Assembly: GCA_964016885.1 (NCBI GenBank)
Contig: OZ024746.1
Span: forward strand, 95,604,001 to 95,668,000
Length of the DNA stretch: 64,000 bases
Source: Eledone cirrhosa
Lineage: Eukaryota
Reading direction: 5' to 3'
The notes below the pieces were generated by a model. It did not search any database. It saw nothing but the letters and a program-made list of their open reading frames with translations, and was not told the origin of the DNA. The translations under genes and the position numbers were made by a program. This document shows positions 23,721-36,300 of this stretch, one piece after another (the stretch's first letter is position 1; each line of letters opens with the position of its first letter).

Positions 23721-24774
23721 GTTCGAAGGTGAAGATAGGCTGCTCAAACTTATGTTAAGGTATTGTTCTCAAAATAAATAATAATGCCATCAAAATCTTG
23801 TAGATTTGATATTATGTGGGGTAATTATGAGAGATAAAGTGTTTACTGTGAAAATACAATAGTAAATATAGAGTAATGTAAATGCTAAATGGTTAAGAAA
23901 GGTATCCAACTGTAGAAACCTTACCAAGAATGGAATGAATGTACAAGACATGGTCCCTCTGACTTGTCTAGTCTTGGACTGTGCCAACCCATCCAACCCA
24001 TGCCAACATAAAAATGGAGGTATAATGATGATGATGATGATGACGATGATGACAACAAGGATATATATTTTCGTTCTAATGTGTAAAAAAAATCAGTGTT
24101 TCATTAGAAATATGGTGATGAAAGGGTTAACCCATTGGTGTTTAAACTGGCCAGAATTCTCTCACCACTTTCTGTTCGAACTGGCCATAACCAGCCACTC
24201 ACACTGATATCAAGGTATTGTTTTTAAAATAAATAATAAAAAAATCTCAAAGATTCGATATTATGTGAGGTAAAGCCTTTACTGCGAAAATACAATAGTA
24301 TATATAGAGTAATGTCAATGGTAAAGGGTTAAGGATTTATCAACCTTTGATAGGTCCCTTCTTATGAAGAATATACTAGCTGCTACCTACTCACAGACAA
24401 CAATGATACATCTATTTTGATTTGCATAGAAACTTTTGGTTTTACCGATTTACCAAACTGTATTCTGTTTTGGTTCTATCCTAATATATTGATTTTCTTT
24501 GCATTCTTCTTTCCTCTATTTGGCTTGCAGTCTTAGAATATCCACTTGTTATCCAAGAGCTTATGCTACATGTACAATAATAATAATTGTTTCTACTTTT
24601 GGCACAAGGCCAGCAATTACCCAGTGCATTACTGGTACTTTATTTTATCGACCTCGTAAGGATGAAAGGCAAAGTTAACCTTGGCGGGATTTGAACTCAG
24701 ACCATAAAGGGCCGTAATTCTTTGCGTCAAAGCATGGCGTCCGATCCTCTACCGATACTGCCAATCCACCGCCC

Positions 24775-24807
<33 letters not shown>

Positions 24808-24949
24808 CACTACAACAACAACATTACTATCACCAACGACAAATACAATAACAACATCCATTACAACAACTAGCAGAAAAACCACCCTTGGGGTGGTTTT
24901 CTGCTAGCATGTGTAGTGTGTATATTGATATTATACGCAAGTATATATA

Positions 24950-25300
24950 CATGTAGATATGATACATCAAATAAAATCATAATAGACAATGAACACAGAA
25001 ATTGAACGAAGACTACGTTACACTGTCTTATGTAATCAGTAACGTAATCCATTGACGGAAATATATGAATGTTTATTTAAGCGATCATTAACCGGAAGTG
25101 TTGACATTTGAAAATTTTAAAGAAGTGAATCTTAAAATAAGCGACAAAATTATTTATATTTAGTCAAGAATAACGAAATTTAGTAGATAAATTATGTAAT
25201 ATTCATTCATTATTTATTCAAAGTAATCCAACTTATTTTACAAACGGGATAAAATATATATTCTGGACGCTGTCCCGCACTCCTTACTTTATTACAGTTT
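24950..25300. promoter_or_regulatory. Candidate pirin promoter / first non-coding exon region
   Basis: Unique, locally CpG-retaining segment between CpG-poor regions, with an ETS-type motif ACCGGAAGTG at about 25091-25100. Pirin coding exon 1 has an acceptor and needs an upstream exon. Confidence 0.45.
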
Positions 25301-25339
25301 AGATAATAATACTTTATTTATTATAATAATAATTCTTTC

Positions 25340-26345
25340 TAACATTGACAGGTTAGCAATTTGGGTGAAAGGAAAAGTTGATTATATCAACCCCAGTATT
25401 TAACTGGTACTTTACTCTATTGACTCTGGAAAGTTGAAGGGCAAAGTTGATCTCAGAACAAGGAAAGTTGTAACTTAATACCACAAAGCATTTTGTATGA
25501 CATTCTACCGATACAGAACAAATAATATGGTTTCTGATTTAGGCACAAGGCCAGCAATTTTGGGGGAGGGAAAAATGAATTAAATCAACCCTAGTATGTT
25601 ACTGGTACTTTATTTTATTGGCCCTGTCAGGATGAAAGGCAAAGCTAACCTCGACAGGATTTGAACTCTATAATAATAATAAAAATAACGATTTCTAATT
25701 TAGGCACAAGGCCAGCAATTTGTGGAGAGGGGAAAAATCGATTATATTGATTCTAGTTCTTTACTGGTGTTTTATTTTATCGACCTTGGAAGGATGAAAG
25801 GCAAATTTGACCTTGGTGGGATCTGAACTTAGAACAGCTGGAACAAATACTGTTAAGCATTTGTCCAACATTCTAACAACTCTGACAATTGACTGCCCAT
25901 TAATAATAGTTTCTGATTTAGGAACAAGGCCAACAATATTGGGGGAGGGGAATGCTGATTAAGATGATCCCAGTGCATTACTGGTACTTTATTTTAACAA
26001 CCCTGTAAGGATGAAAGGCAAAGCTAACCTTGGTGGGATTTGAACTCAGAACGAAAAGGTCCGTAACTCTATGCCACAAAACATGATGTTTGATCCTCTA
26101 CCGATTCTGCCAATTCACCGCCCACCGTCCATTAACAATAATAATAATAATTATTATTTCTACTTTTTGGCACAAGGCCGGCAATTAACCCAGTGCATTA
26201 CTAGTACTTTATTTTATCGACCCCCGCGCAAGGATGAAAGGCAAAGTTAACCTCGGCGGGATTTTAACTCAGACCATAAAGAGCCGTAACTCTTTGCTGC
26301 AAAGCATGGTGTCCGACCCTCTACCGATATTGCCAATCCACCGGG
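25340..26345 (-). mobile_element. Cluster of about 5-6 head-to-tail SINE A copies
   Basis: Repeated GGCACAAGGCCAGCAATT...GGATGAAAGGCAAAG...GATTTGAACTC blocks. Confidence 0.8.
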
Positions 26346-26539
26346 GTTTTTTTATTGGCCTCACATGGTTCACATGAAAAACATTAAAGATGGCGCAGGA
26401 CAGCCAATGTGGGTTTTTTCGTGTAAAACAATGTTTGATAATTATTGCTTTGTGTGACATTCTACCAATACTGAACAAATAATTTGGTTTCTGATTTAGG
26501 CACATGTTGAATGTGGTGGCTGTTCACTCTGATCACAGA

Positions 26540-27350
26540 GAAGATGTCACTACATTACAACAATCCATCCTCTGAAAATGGACCTGATTGTAGCTGCCTT
26601 TAGCACTGCTGCATGGGCCCCTCCTATGCTTGGTTCCTTACCTACCCTCTCTATGATGTATTGCATAGGGTGGAGGTTGTCATGGATAGAGCTGTATGGA
26701 ATGGCACATCTCTGTGCCTCCTCTACCAGATCACCAATGACAAGCACCAACCTCTTCACTAATACCATTGCCAACATTTTAAACATTTAGCAGATTTATG
26801 GGCTTGAAATTATCTATACAGTCCTCCTTGTTCGGGTCCTTTCTCAGCAGCACTAATGCCCCTTGGCTCACAGAACTGGGAATTCTCCCATTCTGCTGCC
26901 AGTTTGTGTATATGTCTGCATGTATACATAAAGCTTGTAGGGCAGACCATCTAAACCAGGCGATTTTCTCCTCATGCAGCTAGCCAATTACATCCTATAT
27001 TTCATCTACTGTTAGTTTTTCACTACACTCTACCTCCTTTGTTGGGAGCCACAGCTGGCCATCGTGGTAGGCACTAAACCCTTCCCCTGATCTTCCCCAC
27101 CCCATTCTAGAACATTTGACGAAAGTGTCCTTGAAAAACTACACATATCTGATTGGGATCGAGTACCATGTACCTGAAATGGTCTGCCAAGGACTGAATT
27201 GTAGTTTTATATGTCACACCTCCACCACTTGGGCCCATTGAACAGCCTTTTAAACCCCCCCCCCCCCATGTCTTAAAGCATGTCCTAGCTCTGACAACAC
27301 AGCCTTCATACTGCACGTTGAAGAATTGGTTGAATGACAATCTTGCCCCA
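26540..27350 (-). mobile_element. Tx1/L1-like LINE ORF2 fragment, decayed
   Basis: FKMLAMVLVKRLVLVIGDLVEEAQRCAIP..SIHDNL resembles the RT N-terminal region of Tx1/L1 elements. Confidence 0.6.
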
Positions 27351-29349
27351 GGCAGGTCAGTGATGGTGGTGATGATGATGGCGGTGGGGTTTGTGGTTAT
27401 GGTGGTGGTGGTTTTGGTGATAGTGATGATGATGATAGTGGTGGTAGGGGGATGGTGATGGCGGTGGTCGTGATGATGATGATGGGGTGGAGATTGTAGT
27501 GATGACTTTGTTGCATAGGTCAGCTCTCACAACCTTTACATTCTGAGTTCAAATCCTGCTGAGGTTAGCTTTGCCTTTCATCCTTACAGGATCAATAAAA
27601 TAACATACCAGTAATACACTGGGGTTGATTTAATCGAATTTCCCTTTCCCCAAAAATTGCTGGCCTTGTGCCTACATCATAAATCATTGTTAGTGTTAAC
27701 AAGATTGGCTGACATAGAAAGCACTGGGGAATTTGAAAATATATTTGACACAATAGCCCTTTCTCCTACTTTCCTATACAGTCAAATCTACCCTTTATTC
27801 CTTCCCCACCCTCTGTCTGTTGCTCGGTTTCGTTTTTATCTTTTTTTATTTTCTTTTTCTTTCATATTTCCATCAATATTTCTAATATTATTTATACAAC
27901 TCTGAATTGATTTATTGATTTATTCTATTAAATAACAAGTTTTTACTTTAACCCTTTAGCATTTAAACTGACCGAATCCAGCCAGAAATTTCTCACCTCT
28001 TTCTGTTCAAACCAGCAGTAACTGGCTGCTCATACTGATGTTAAGATATTGTTCTCAAAATAAATAATAACATCATCAAAATCTTGTAGATTTGATATTA
28101 TGTGAGATAAAGCCTTTACCACAAAAATACAATAGTATCATCATCACTATTTAACGTCCATTTTTCCATGCTAGCATAGGTTAGATGAGTTATCCTGTTG
28201 TGAGCAATGCCAGGTCAGGTGACCATGTCTTGTTCATACAGAACCGATTTTGGCTTGGTTTCTACAGCTGGATACCTTTCCTAATGCTAACCACATTTAC
28301 AGTCTATGCTGGGTGTTTTTGTTGTGACACCTACATGACCACTTTACAGTGCCTGTGTCACTATATCCCAGGAATGTAAATGATAAAAGGGGTAAAATAA
28401 AATTAAAGCTATTTATTTCATTTCTCAACTATTATTATAGTTATTTGCATTGTGGCAACTATATTTTCATATTTCAACATTGTTATTGTAATTTCCCATG
28501 TTTGTTACATGAATGTATTAGGTTTATTCTTCTACATTAGCAAATATCTACATTTCTCATATTTTTCTCATCAATATTTATATTTATGATATTTATCTTG
28601 TCAAAATATTTGTTTCTATAGAATTGGTAGAATGTTAAATAAATTGCTATAGCAGTATTTGTTCTGGTGCTTTACATTCTGAATTCAAATCTCACTGAGG
28701 TGAACTTTGCCTTTCATCCTTCTGGGATGAATAAAATAAAGTATTAGTCAAGTAGTGAGGCTGATACAATCAGAGTTGCATTGAACCCAGGGCACTTCAG
28801 GTTTGGGGTGCTTCTCATACACAAAAAATTAGAATACACAGCAAACCCCCCAATTTTACATATCAAAGTTAGCTTGGTGTAAGTAATTGGAATTGAAAAG
28901 TTATACATACAGGTGTTAAATTAAAAACATTTTAACCATCCTAAAACTAAAAAGCCCAGCTGAGGGCACAAATAAATTGCTATGGCCGTCGCTGGTAGGT
29001 CCCCCATTGCTGGGGTCCTGGGGTAATAAATCCGGCCCTGCCCAATGCCCCTAGACAGGTACTTTATTTATTGCTGCAGAAAAAATGAAAGGTAGGTTTG
29101 GATACAGTCAATTTCTTCCAGAGAGAAAGATAAAATAGAAAAGACAAATTGACCCTAGTACCGAACTGGTGATTTATTTGTCAAACCTGAAGGGATAAAA
29201 AATTAGGTTGCCTTGGTGGGATGTGAACTCAGAAAACCCGTTTTCCCCATTAAGTCCGGCCTTGGATACAATCAACTTTGCCCTTCCATTAAATCTGCTG
29301 GTCTTGTGCCTAAATTAGAAACTAATATTTTTATCATTAGCAAATATAT

Positions 29350-29960
29350 ATATTGTTATATTTGGGGAGGGTCATGTTGTCCTAATATTGCCAGAAAAAA
29401 TAGTAAAACACACTCACTGTTTGATTCGGTTTCTACTTCCGTATATTTTTATATTTCTATAAATGGTTTAGCTGGCAATCCATTTTTATCATTGATAGAT
29501 CAACAGTTAAAAATATAAATATAATTATAGTTTTTTCAAAGTTCTTTCATCACACATATCTATGACATCTTCAGTGATTATCATGTTTCTTCCCTTTGTG
29601 TTCCTATAACGTTTTTTATGATAAACGTAGATTGGCAACTAAATTATTTATAGAAATATAAAAATATACTGAAGCGAAAACCAAACCAAACAGTGAGTGT
29701 GTTTTATTATTTATTAAAACGGTGGATTGGCAGTATCGGTAGAGGGTCGGACGCCATGCTTTCCAGCATAGTTACGTCCCTTTACGATCTGAGTTCAAAT
29801 CCCGCCGAGGTTAACTTTGCCTTTCATCCATACGGGGTCGATAAAATAAAGTACCAGTAATGTACTGGGTAATTGCTGGCCTTGTGCCAAAAAGTAGAAA
29901 ATTATTTCTTATTATTTCTGGTAATATTAGGACAACACGACCCTCCCCAAATATAACAAT
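29350..29960 (-). mobile_element. Penelope-like fold-back remnant with hammerhead, interrupted by SINE A (29719-29900)
   Basis: Inverted arms ATTGTTATATTTGGGGAGGGTC... / ...GACCCTCCCCAAATATAACAAT; related to the 22190 and 35520 elements. Confidence 0.65.
29536..29577 (-). ncRNA. Minimal type I hammerhead ribozyme (slightly decayed)
   Basis: tca-CTGAAGA-[tgtcatagatatgtgtgat]-GAAA-gaac-TT-tga. Confidence 0.6.
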
Positions 29961-30507
29961 AATGAAAGTCTTCAGTCTGATTACAACTTGTCCTCGCTAA
30001 TATATAAAGGCACAGTGATTAGATGTATCAGATTTGATTCTTAGACCAGGTGGCTTGTGTATTCTTGAGCAACATTCCTTATTTCATGTTGCTCCTTCTG
30101 CCAGGAGTTAAAACTTGCAGTATTAGTCATGCAGAGACCAAATGAAACAGTTTCTTTGGTCTCATCTGATGAATGGTTCTTTCCAATATTCTTTTTTTTT
30201 TTGTTTTTTTAAAAATTTCTGAATTTAAAATAAAGTACCAGTAATGCACTGAGGTCGATTTAATTGACTTTCCTTTTCCCCCAAAATTGTTGGCTCTGTG
30301 TCTAAATCATGACCCTCCCCAAATATAACAATATCTGTTTTAACACACAATTTCATATCAAAATCCTTGCAAAACAAATATATCGCTGCTACAAATATTT
30401 CTATTTCTAATATATATTTATCAATAGTTTTATCATTAGTAAATGTTTGTTTTCTAATGTTTCTCTTTGTCTATTCTGTTTGTTTATTACAATGTAGAAT
30501 ATGCTAA

Positions 30508-30637
30508 ATGATGACACATAAAACCGTGACAAATCTTCAAACTGTGAAACAGACTCATGGAGGAGGCTTTCTCGTCAGGAAGGTGATTGGAGGAAGTATA
30601 TCATCATGTGACCCTTTCATCATGTTGGACCATATTG
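30508..30637 (+). CDS. PIR: Pirin coding exon 1 ([43 protein letters not shown])
   Basis: A pyrimidine tract and TAG acceptor end at 30497, implying an upstream non-coding exon. ATG at 30508 (a second at 30511); donor G|GTTTGT. Confidence 0.88.
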
Positions 30638-33338
30638 GTTTGTAAACTCTATTCTATTGATCTCTTTGTTTTTTTTTTATTAACTCTTTCCTTACCAGAT
30701 TTTATTGATTTTTCAGATTTTTCCCACCTCCCCTGCTTTTATTTCACCCCCACCCACCCTCACTTATTAAATTTTGCTAATCTATCTTCGGCAAATTTTT
30801 ATTGTAAGTGATTCATATTGATTCAGCAGCTGGAGAATCTAACAATAATAATTCTATTTTACATTAAAAAAGCATTATATATGACAAAAAAGAACATTAC
30901 AAACGTACGCTATACAATTACCGATTTCACCACCCTCCCCTGCTTATTCCAACCCCTCCCTCCACTTATTCCAACCCCTCCCCCCCACTTATAAGAATTT
31001 AAGCAAATACCCCCCCCCCACCGTTTATTCCAACTCCCTTATTATTTGGGACTCGAGAGTACACTTACAACTTCTGGCTGAGCTCTGACTGGTCTGTGAC
31101 AGCCTGTGTCCAACCCTTGCTAATAAGAAAAATGAATGTTAATTGATGACAATGATAATACATTTTATTTTAATTAATTAATGCAGAATTTTAAAGGATT
31201 TACTAAAATTATTTATTTCATATTACTAAACTTTTTGTTACCATATTTCTTTATCAAATTAACATATGGGGCAATTTATATAGGAACCCTTTAAACTGTG
31301 TGGTTTTGTTTCATAGAACCAGAGCCGATTTTATGTGGGTTGGTATCAAAACAGTTGAAATGCTAGTTTGTGATATATCTTAACAATTGAAGCAATGACT
31401 GCAATGACAGAAGATGCCTAGTTGGGATTACCTGTTTCCCATTTGCTCGGATGTCAATCATTAATCCGAGATGCCACATACTGTGGCACATTCCCCAGTG
31501 CCAACTTCTCTTCCTCCCTGAGAGGATTGTGGAGGCAGAGTCCTCAAACACTTTCCAACAGGTCCTGTCAGAAGCAACCGTCTCCAACTGATCTGGCTGC
31601 ATCCCCAAGCGAGACCAGCCAAGCTCATGGATGTTATCCAACCATCTTGCTCGGGGTCTACTTCTGGGTCTCCTGCTGGTTGGTTTTCTTCATAAAATCT
31701 GTCCAGCGATTCTTTCCTGAGACATTCTAACCACATGTCCATAGTATCAGAGCTGTGATCTCTCAATTCAGAGAAGCAGTGGCTCTACCTGGAGTGACCC
31801 TCTGATCTCTGAGCTATACACTTTATCAAGTAACATTACTCCAAAGACCTTTCGGAGGAACCCCATTTTGGTTGCTTGTATTCTCGATTGTATTCCTTCA
31901 GTCATTACCCAAGGTTCATCACCCTAGGTAAGGGTTGGCACGAATACTGAATTGAAGATAGCAAATTTGACTGTTACACCTACTTCCCCCTTTTTTTCTC
32001 TAATCAGAAAAATCGTAACCAATTTTCAAATATATTTTTGTAACTGTTAAACTTTCAATAAAATTATTAGATAAAATATTTAAAATTTGTTAAAATAGAT
32101 AATTCATTGATATAAATTTTTGCAATCATTTTCTCCAATTATATATTCTTATAATTAGGTCCAGTGGATTATAAACCAGGTGAAGCTGTTGGTGCCCCTG
32201 ACCATCCTCACAGAGGTATTGAGATCATTTCTTACATCATAGATGGAAGTCTCACACATGAAGATTCTGCTGGAAACAAAGGTGACCGTCCTATACTTGA
32301 ATAGCAATAACATTTATTGCATCTTAACAGGATTGTATTGACTCATGGTTTGACCCCTAAGTTTTTAAATATTTGCTGTCCCCTCACACCTCCTCCTCTA
32401 GCACTTCAATCTATCACTCTATCAGAGAAAATAAAATATGGGCTCCTAGTCTCTGCAGGGGCCTCAGTCATTGTGGGGCCCATATTCTGTAGGGTCCCTA
32501 GTTGTTGCAAGGTCCTTATTCTCTGTAGTGCCCTAGTCCTTACAGGGCCCCTAGTCTCTTAATTTCTGTAGAGATCTGAGTGTCTGTCGTGCCATTAGTC
32601 CTTGATAGGTCCATAATCTCTGAAGAGACCCTAGTTGGTGTAGGGCTCTTAGTTAATGCAGGCTACCTTGTCTCTGTTGTTCCCTTATTCCTTGCAGGGC
32701 TGCCAAGTCCTTGTAAAACCCCTAGTTCTTGCATGGCCTCTTGTCTCTGTAAGACTCCTAATCTATATAGGGCCCTTAGTCTATAGGGGCACTAGTCTCT
32801 GCAGGGAACCTTTTCTCTCTAGGGACCCTAGTCTCAACAAGGTACGTAGTCTCTGTAGGGCCCCTAGTCTCTATAGACTGTGTGTACTGGGAACTTTTTA
32901 TCGTGACACCTACATGACCACAGTGTGGCCTGGGTGCTTTTTGTCGTGACACCTACACGACCACTCCACAGTGTGGACTGGGAGCTTTTTATTTGTGACT
33001 CCTAATTCAAATGTTTATAGTATCTTTGTTAACATTTACAGTATTAGGCTAAAGATTCAATTTTCAATGTGATGCAGTTATGAGTACTGTTTTGTACATG
33101 TCAAGAATATTTTTCTAATGTGGTTTCATATGGTACAGGATGTTAAGAGTTAAATGAACTAAAAATAAATTATTTTTGAAAGGTGTTTTGGAGAAAGGCT
33201 GGGTTCAAATGATGACTGCAGGACAAGGAGTGGTTCACGCTGAGATGCCGGCTGATGAAATTGTAGAAAATGGTGGACGAATGGAGGGATTTCAGCTCTG
33301 GATTAATCTACCAGCTAAAGTAGGATTTTATTTAATTT

Positions 33339-33369
<31 letters not shown>

Positions 33370-36300
33370 TATGTTTATTTTCCACACAAGCATGGGTTAG
33401 ATGAGTTGTCCTGTTGTGGGCAATGCTAGCTCAGATGACCATGTCTTGTTCATACAGAATCGATTTTTGCTTGGTTTCTACAGCTGCATGCCCTTCCTAG
33501 TGCCAACCTCATTTACAGTGTGTAGTAGGTGCTTTTAGCTGTTACACCTACATGACCACTGTCACTGCCTCCATCTCTTCTGCTCTCCCCATCTCTCATT
33601 GTTGTGAGCAAATGGGTGTGCAGGTACTGGTCACCCCGCAACTCCAGTCGACGGAATAGAGAAGGCATTTCCTTGGAGGATGGTAAGGGAGAGGTGCTGG
33701 AAGAGCCATTCCAGCTCACAAGGCTCACACCATTTAATAAATAAATCCCTCCAAATTCTTTATTAATTAATTGAAATATAATTTATTTTATTAGAAATAT
33801 GGTTATAAAAACATTAAAATCTATATTCATTTTGCAGGAAAAAATGATTGATCCTCAGTATGAAGACATTCCACCTGAAAAGATCCCTGTGATAACAATG
33901 GATGATGGAAGAGTGACAGCTAAGCTAATAGCTGGGGAAATCCAAGGTAAAATATATTATAATCTATCTCTTCTAACTCATTATCATCATTACCATTACC
34001 ATTTTACGTCTGTATTCCTCACTTGGAATGCCGGTTGGTTTTGCCCATAAAATCTGTCTAGCGATTCTTTTCTGAGACATTCTAACCACATGTTCATAAT
34101 ATCAGTGCTGTGATCTCTCAGTTTGGAGAAGTAGTGGCTCTACCTGGAGTGACTCTGATCTCCGAGCTACACACTTTATCAAGTAACACCATTCCAAAGA
34201 CCCTTTGGAGGAACCCCATTTCGGCCGCTTGTATTTGTGATCATATTCTTTTGGTCATAGGTAAGGGTTGGCATTAGCTTAATGATGCAAAAGTTAGTTA
34301 TATAACTAAATCCTTCCTAATTCTAGATTATTTTCAAAATTATTTGATATTCATTAGAAATATGGTAATTAAAGGGTTAATAATGAGAAAGTTAATTATT
34401 TTACAAAATACCTCCAAATTCTTGCTTATTTTCAAAATAATTTGAAAATAATAAATAGGCAACTCATTAATACGCTACCAAGAAACTTGAGAGATCTGCA
34501 TAGTGTGGATGTTTAATTCTTGATAATTTTCAAAATGATTTGAAAATAATGGGCAGTGTCTTTCATTAGAAATATAGTAACAAAAAGGTTAATAAACACT
34601 TCATACTTTGTGTAGTTTGTTGAAGATATTTGTGTAAAGTCATTGAATTTGTTAATTTTTGTTTGCAGGAAAAGTGTCTGTGAAGCAGACGAGAATTCCA
34701 ACCATATTTCTCGACATTTTATTAGAACCTGGAGCAACATTTACATCAGATCTTATTGAAAATCAGGCTTGTTTCATCTATGTGTGGCGTGGATCTGGTA
34801 AGTGAAGCTTATTTTAGCATATTATGGTCAGTTAGTTTGTTGTGTACTATTGTAGGCTATATCTTCGTGGCCTAGTAGTTAGGAAGTTGGACTCACAATC
34901 ATAAAGTCATGGGTTCGATTCCTGGACTGGTTGGTATATTTCATTGAATAAGACACTTCATTTCTTGCTGCTTTCTGGAGTCTCCACCATTAAAACACCC
35001 AAGAAATCTCTTATGAGATACAACCCGTCTAACCCATGCTAGCATGGAAGATAGACGTTAAACAATGATGATGATGATGATGATGAACCTTGTGGGAGGT
35101 CAACTAATTTAGCATAGATGTGAGATGAACATTTTCATGTTGTGGGACAAGCAGTGGCATCACTAGTGTGTCTGCCACCCGGAGTAGTCCTTACATTTGC
35201 TCCCTTTTTAAAAAAAAACCCCAACTCAAAGCATAGCAAATGTGCCACCCTCTGTGCCTCCTAACAATGGGTGTAGGGTAGTAGGTCGCACACAGAAGTA
35301 AAAGGAGAACGTGACATGACATTCAGAAAAGGGATCAAGACAGGACCTCTTTCAGATGGTAACTGTTGAATTAATTGGGAAGTGATGTCATATCAGTAGA
35401 GGGCCTATTTCACATGGGGTGGCAGTTGAGCTGGGAAGTGAGGTCACATCAGTAGAAGGGCCTCTTTCATATGGGATGACAGTTGAGGTGGGAAGTGAGA
35501 TCATATCAGTAGAAGGGCCTTTGGGAGGGTCATATTGCCAATAAAAACACACGCACCTGTTGGTTTTCACTTCAATTTATTACACATTTCCAGTTTGTTA
35601 GTTTAATAACTGGATTGTTTATTTATTGTCTAAGCTCTTTCATTGCACATTTTGTGACCTCTTCAGGGACTAATTTATTTGGTGTGTCTCCTTTGTTCTG
35701 TCCTAAAAACAAAGTTATTTATTGATGTTATTTTCATAGATTTTAAAATTCATCACTTACAATAGACTATCATGGGTGGTAGATTGGCAGTATCGGTAGA
35801 GGGTCGGACACCATGTTAGGGTGGTAGATTGGCAGTATCGGTAGAGGGTCGGACACCATGTTAGGGTGGTAGATTGGCAGTATCGGTAGAGGGTCGGACG
35901 CCATGTAAGGGTGGTGGATTGGTAGTATCGGTAGAGGGTCGGACACCATGGTAGGGTGGTGGATTGGCGGTATCGGTAGAGGGTCGGACACCATGTAAGG
36001 GTGGTGGATTGGCGGTATCGGTAGAGGGTCGGACACCATGTAAGGGTGGTGGATTGGCGGTATCGGTAGAGGGTCGGACATCATGCTAGGGCGGTGGATT
36101 GGCAGTATCGGTAGAGGGTCGAACACCATGTTAGGGTGGTGGATTGGCAGTATCGGTAGAGGGTCGGACACCATGCTAGGGTGGTGGATTGGTAGTATCG
36201 GTAGAGGGTCGGACATCATGCTAGGGCGGTGGATTGGCAGTATCGGTAGAGGGTTGGACACCATGTTAGGGCGGTGGATTGGCAGTATCGGTAGAGGGTC

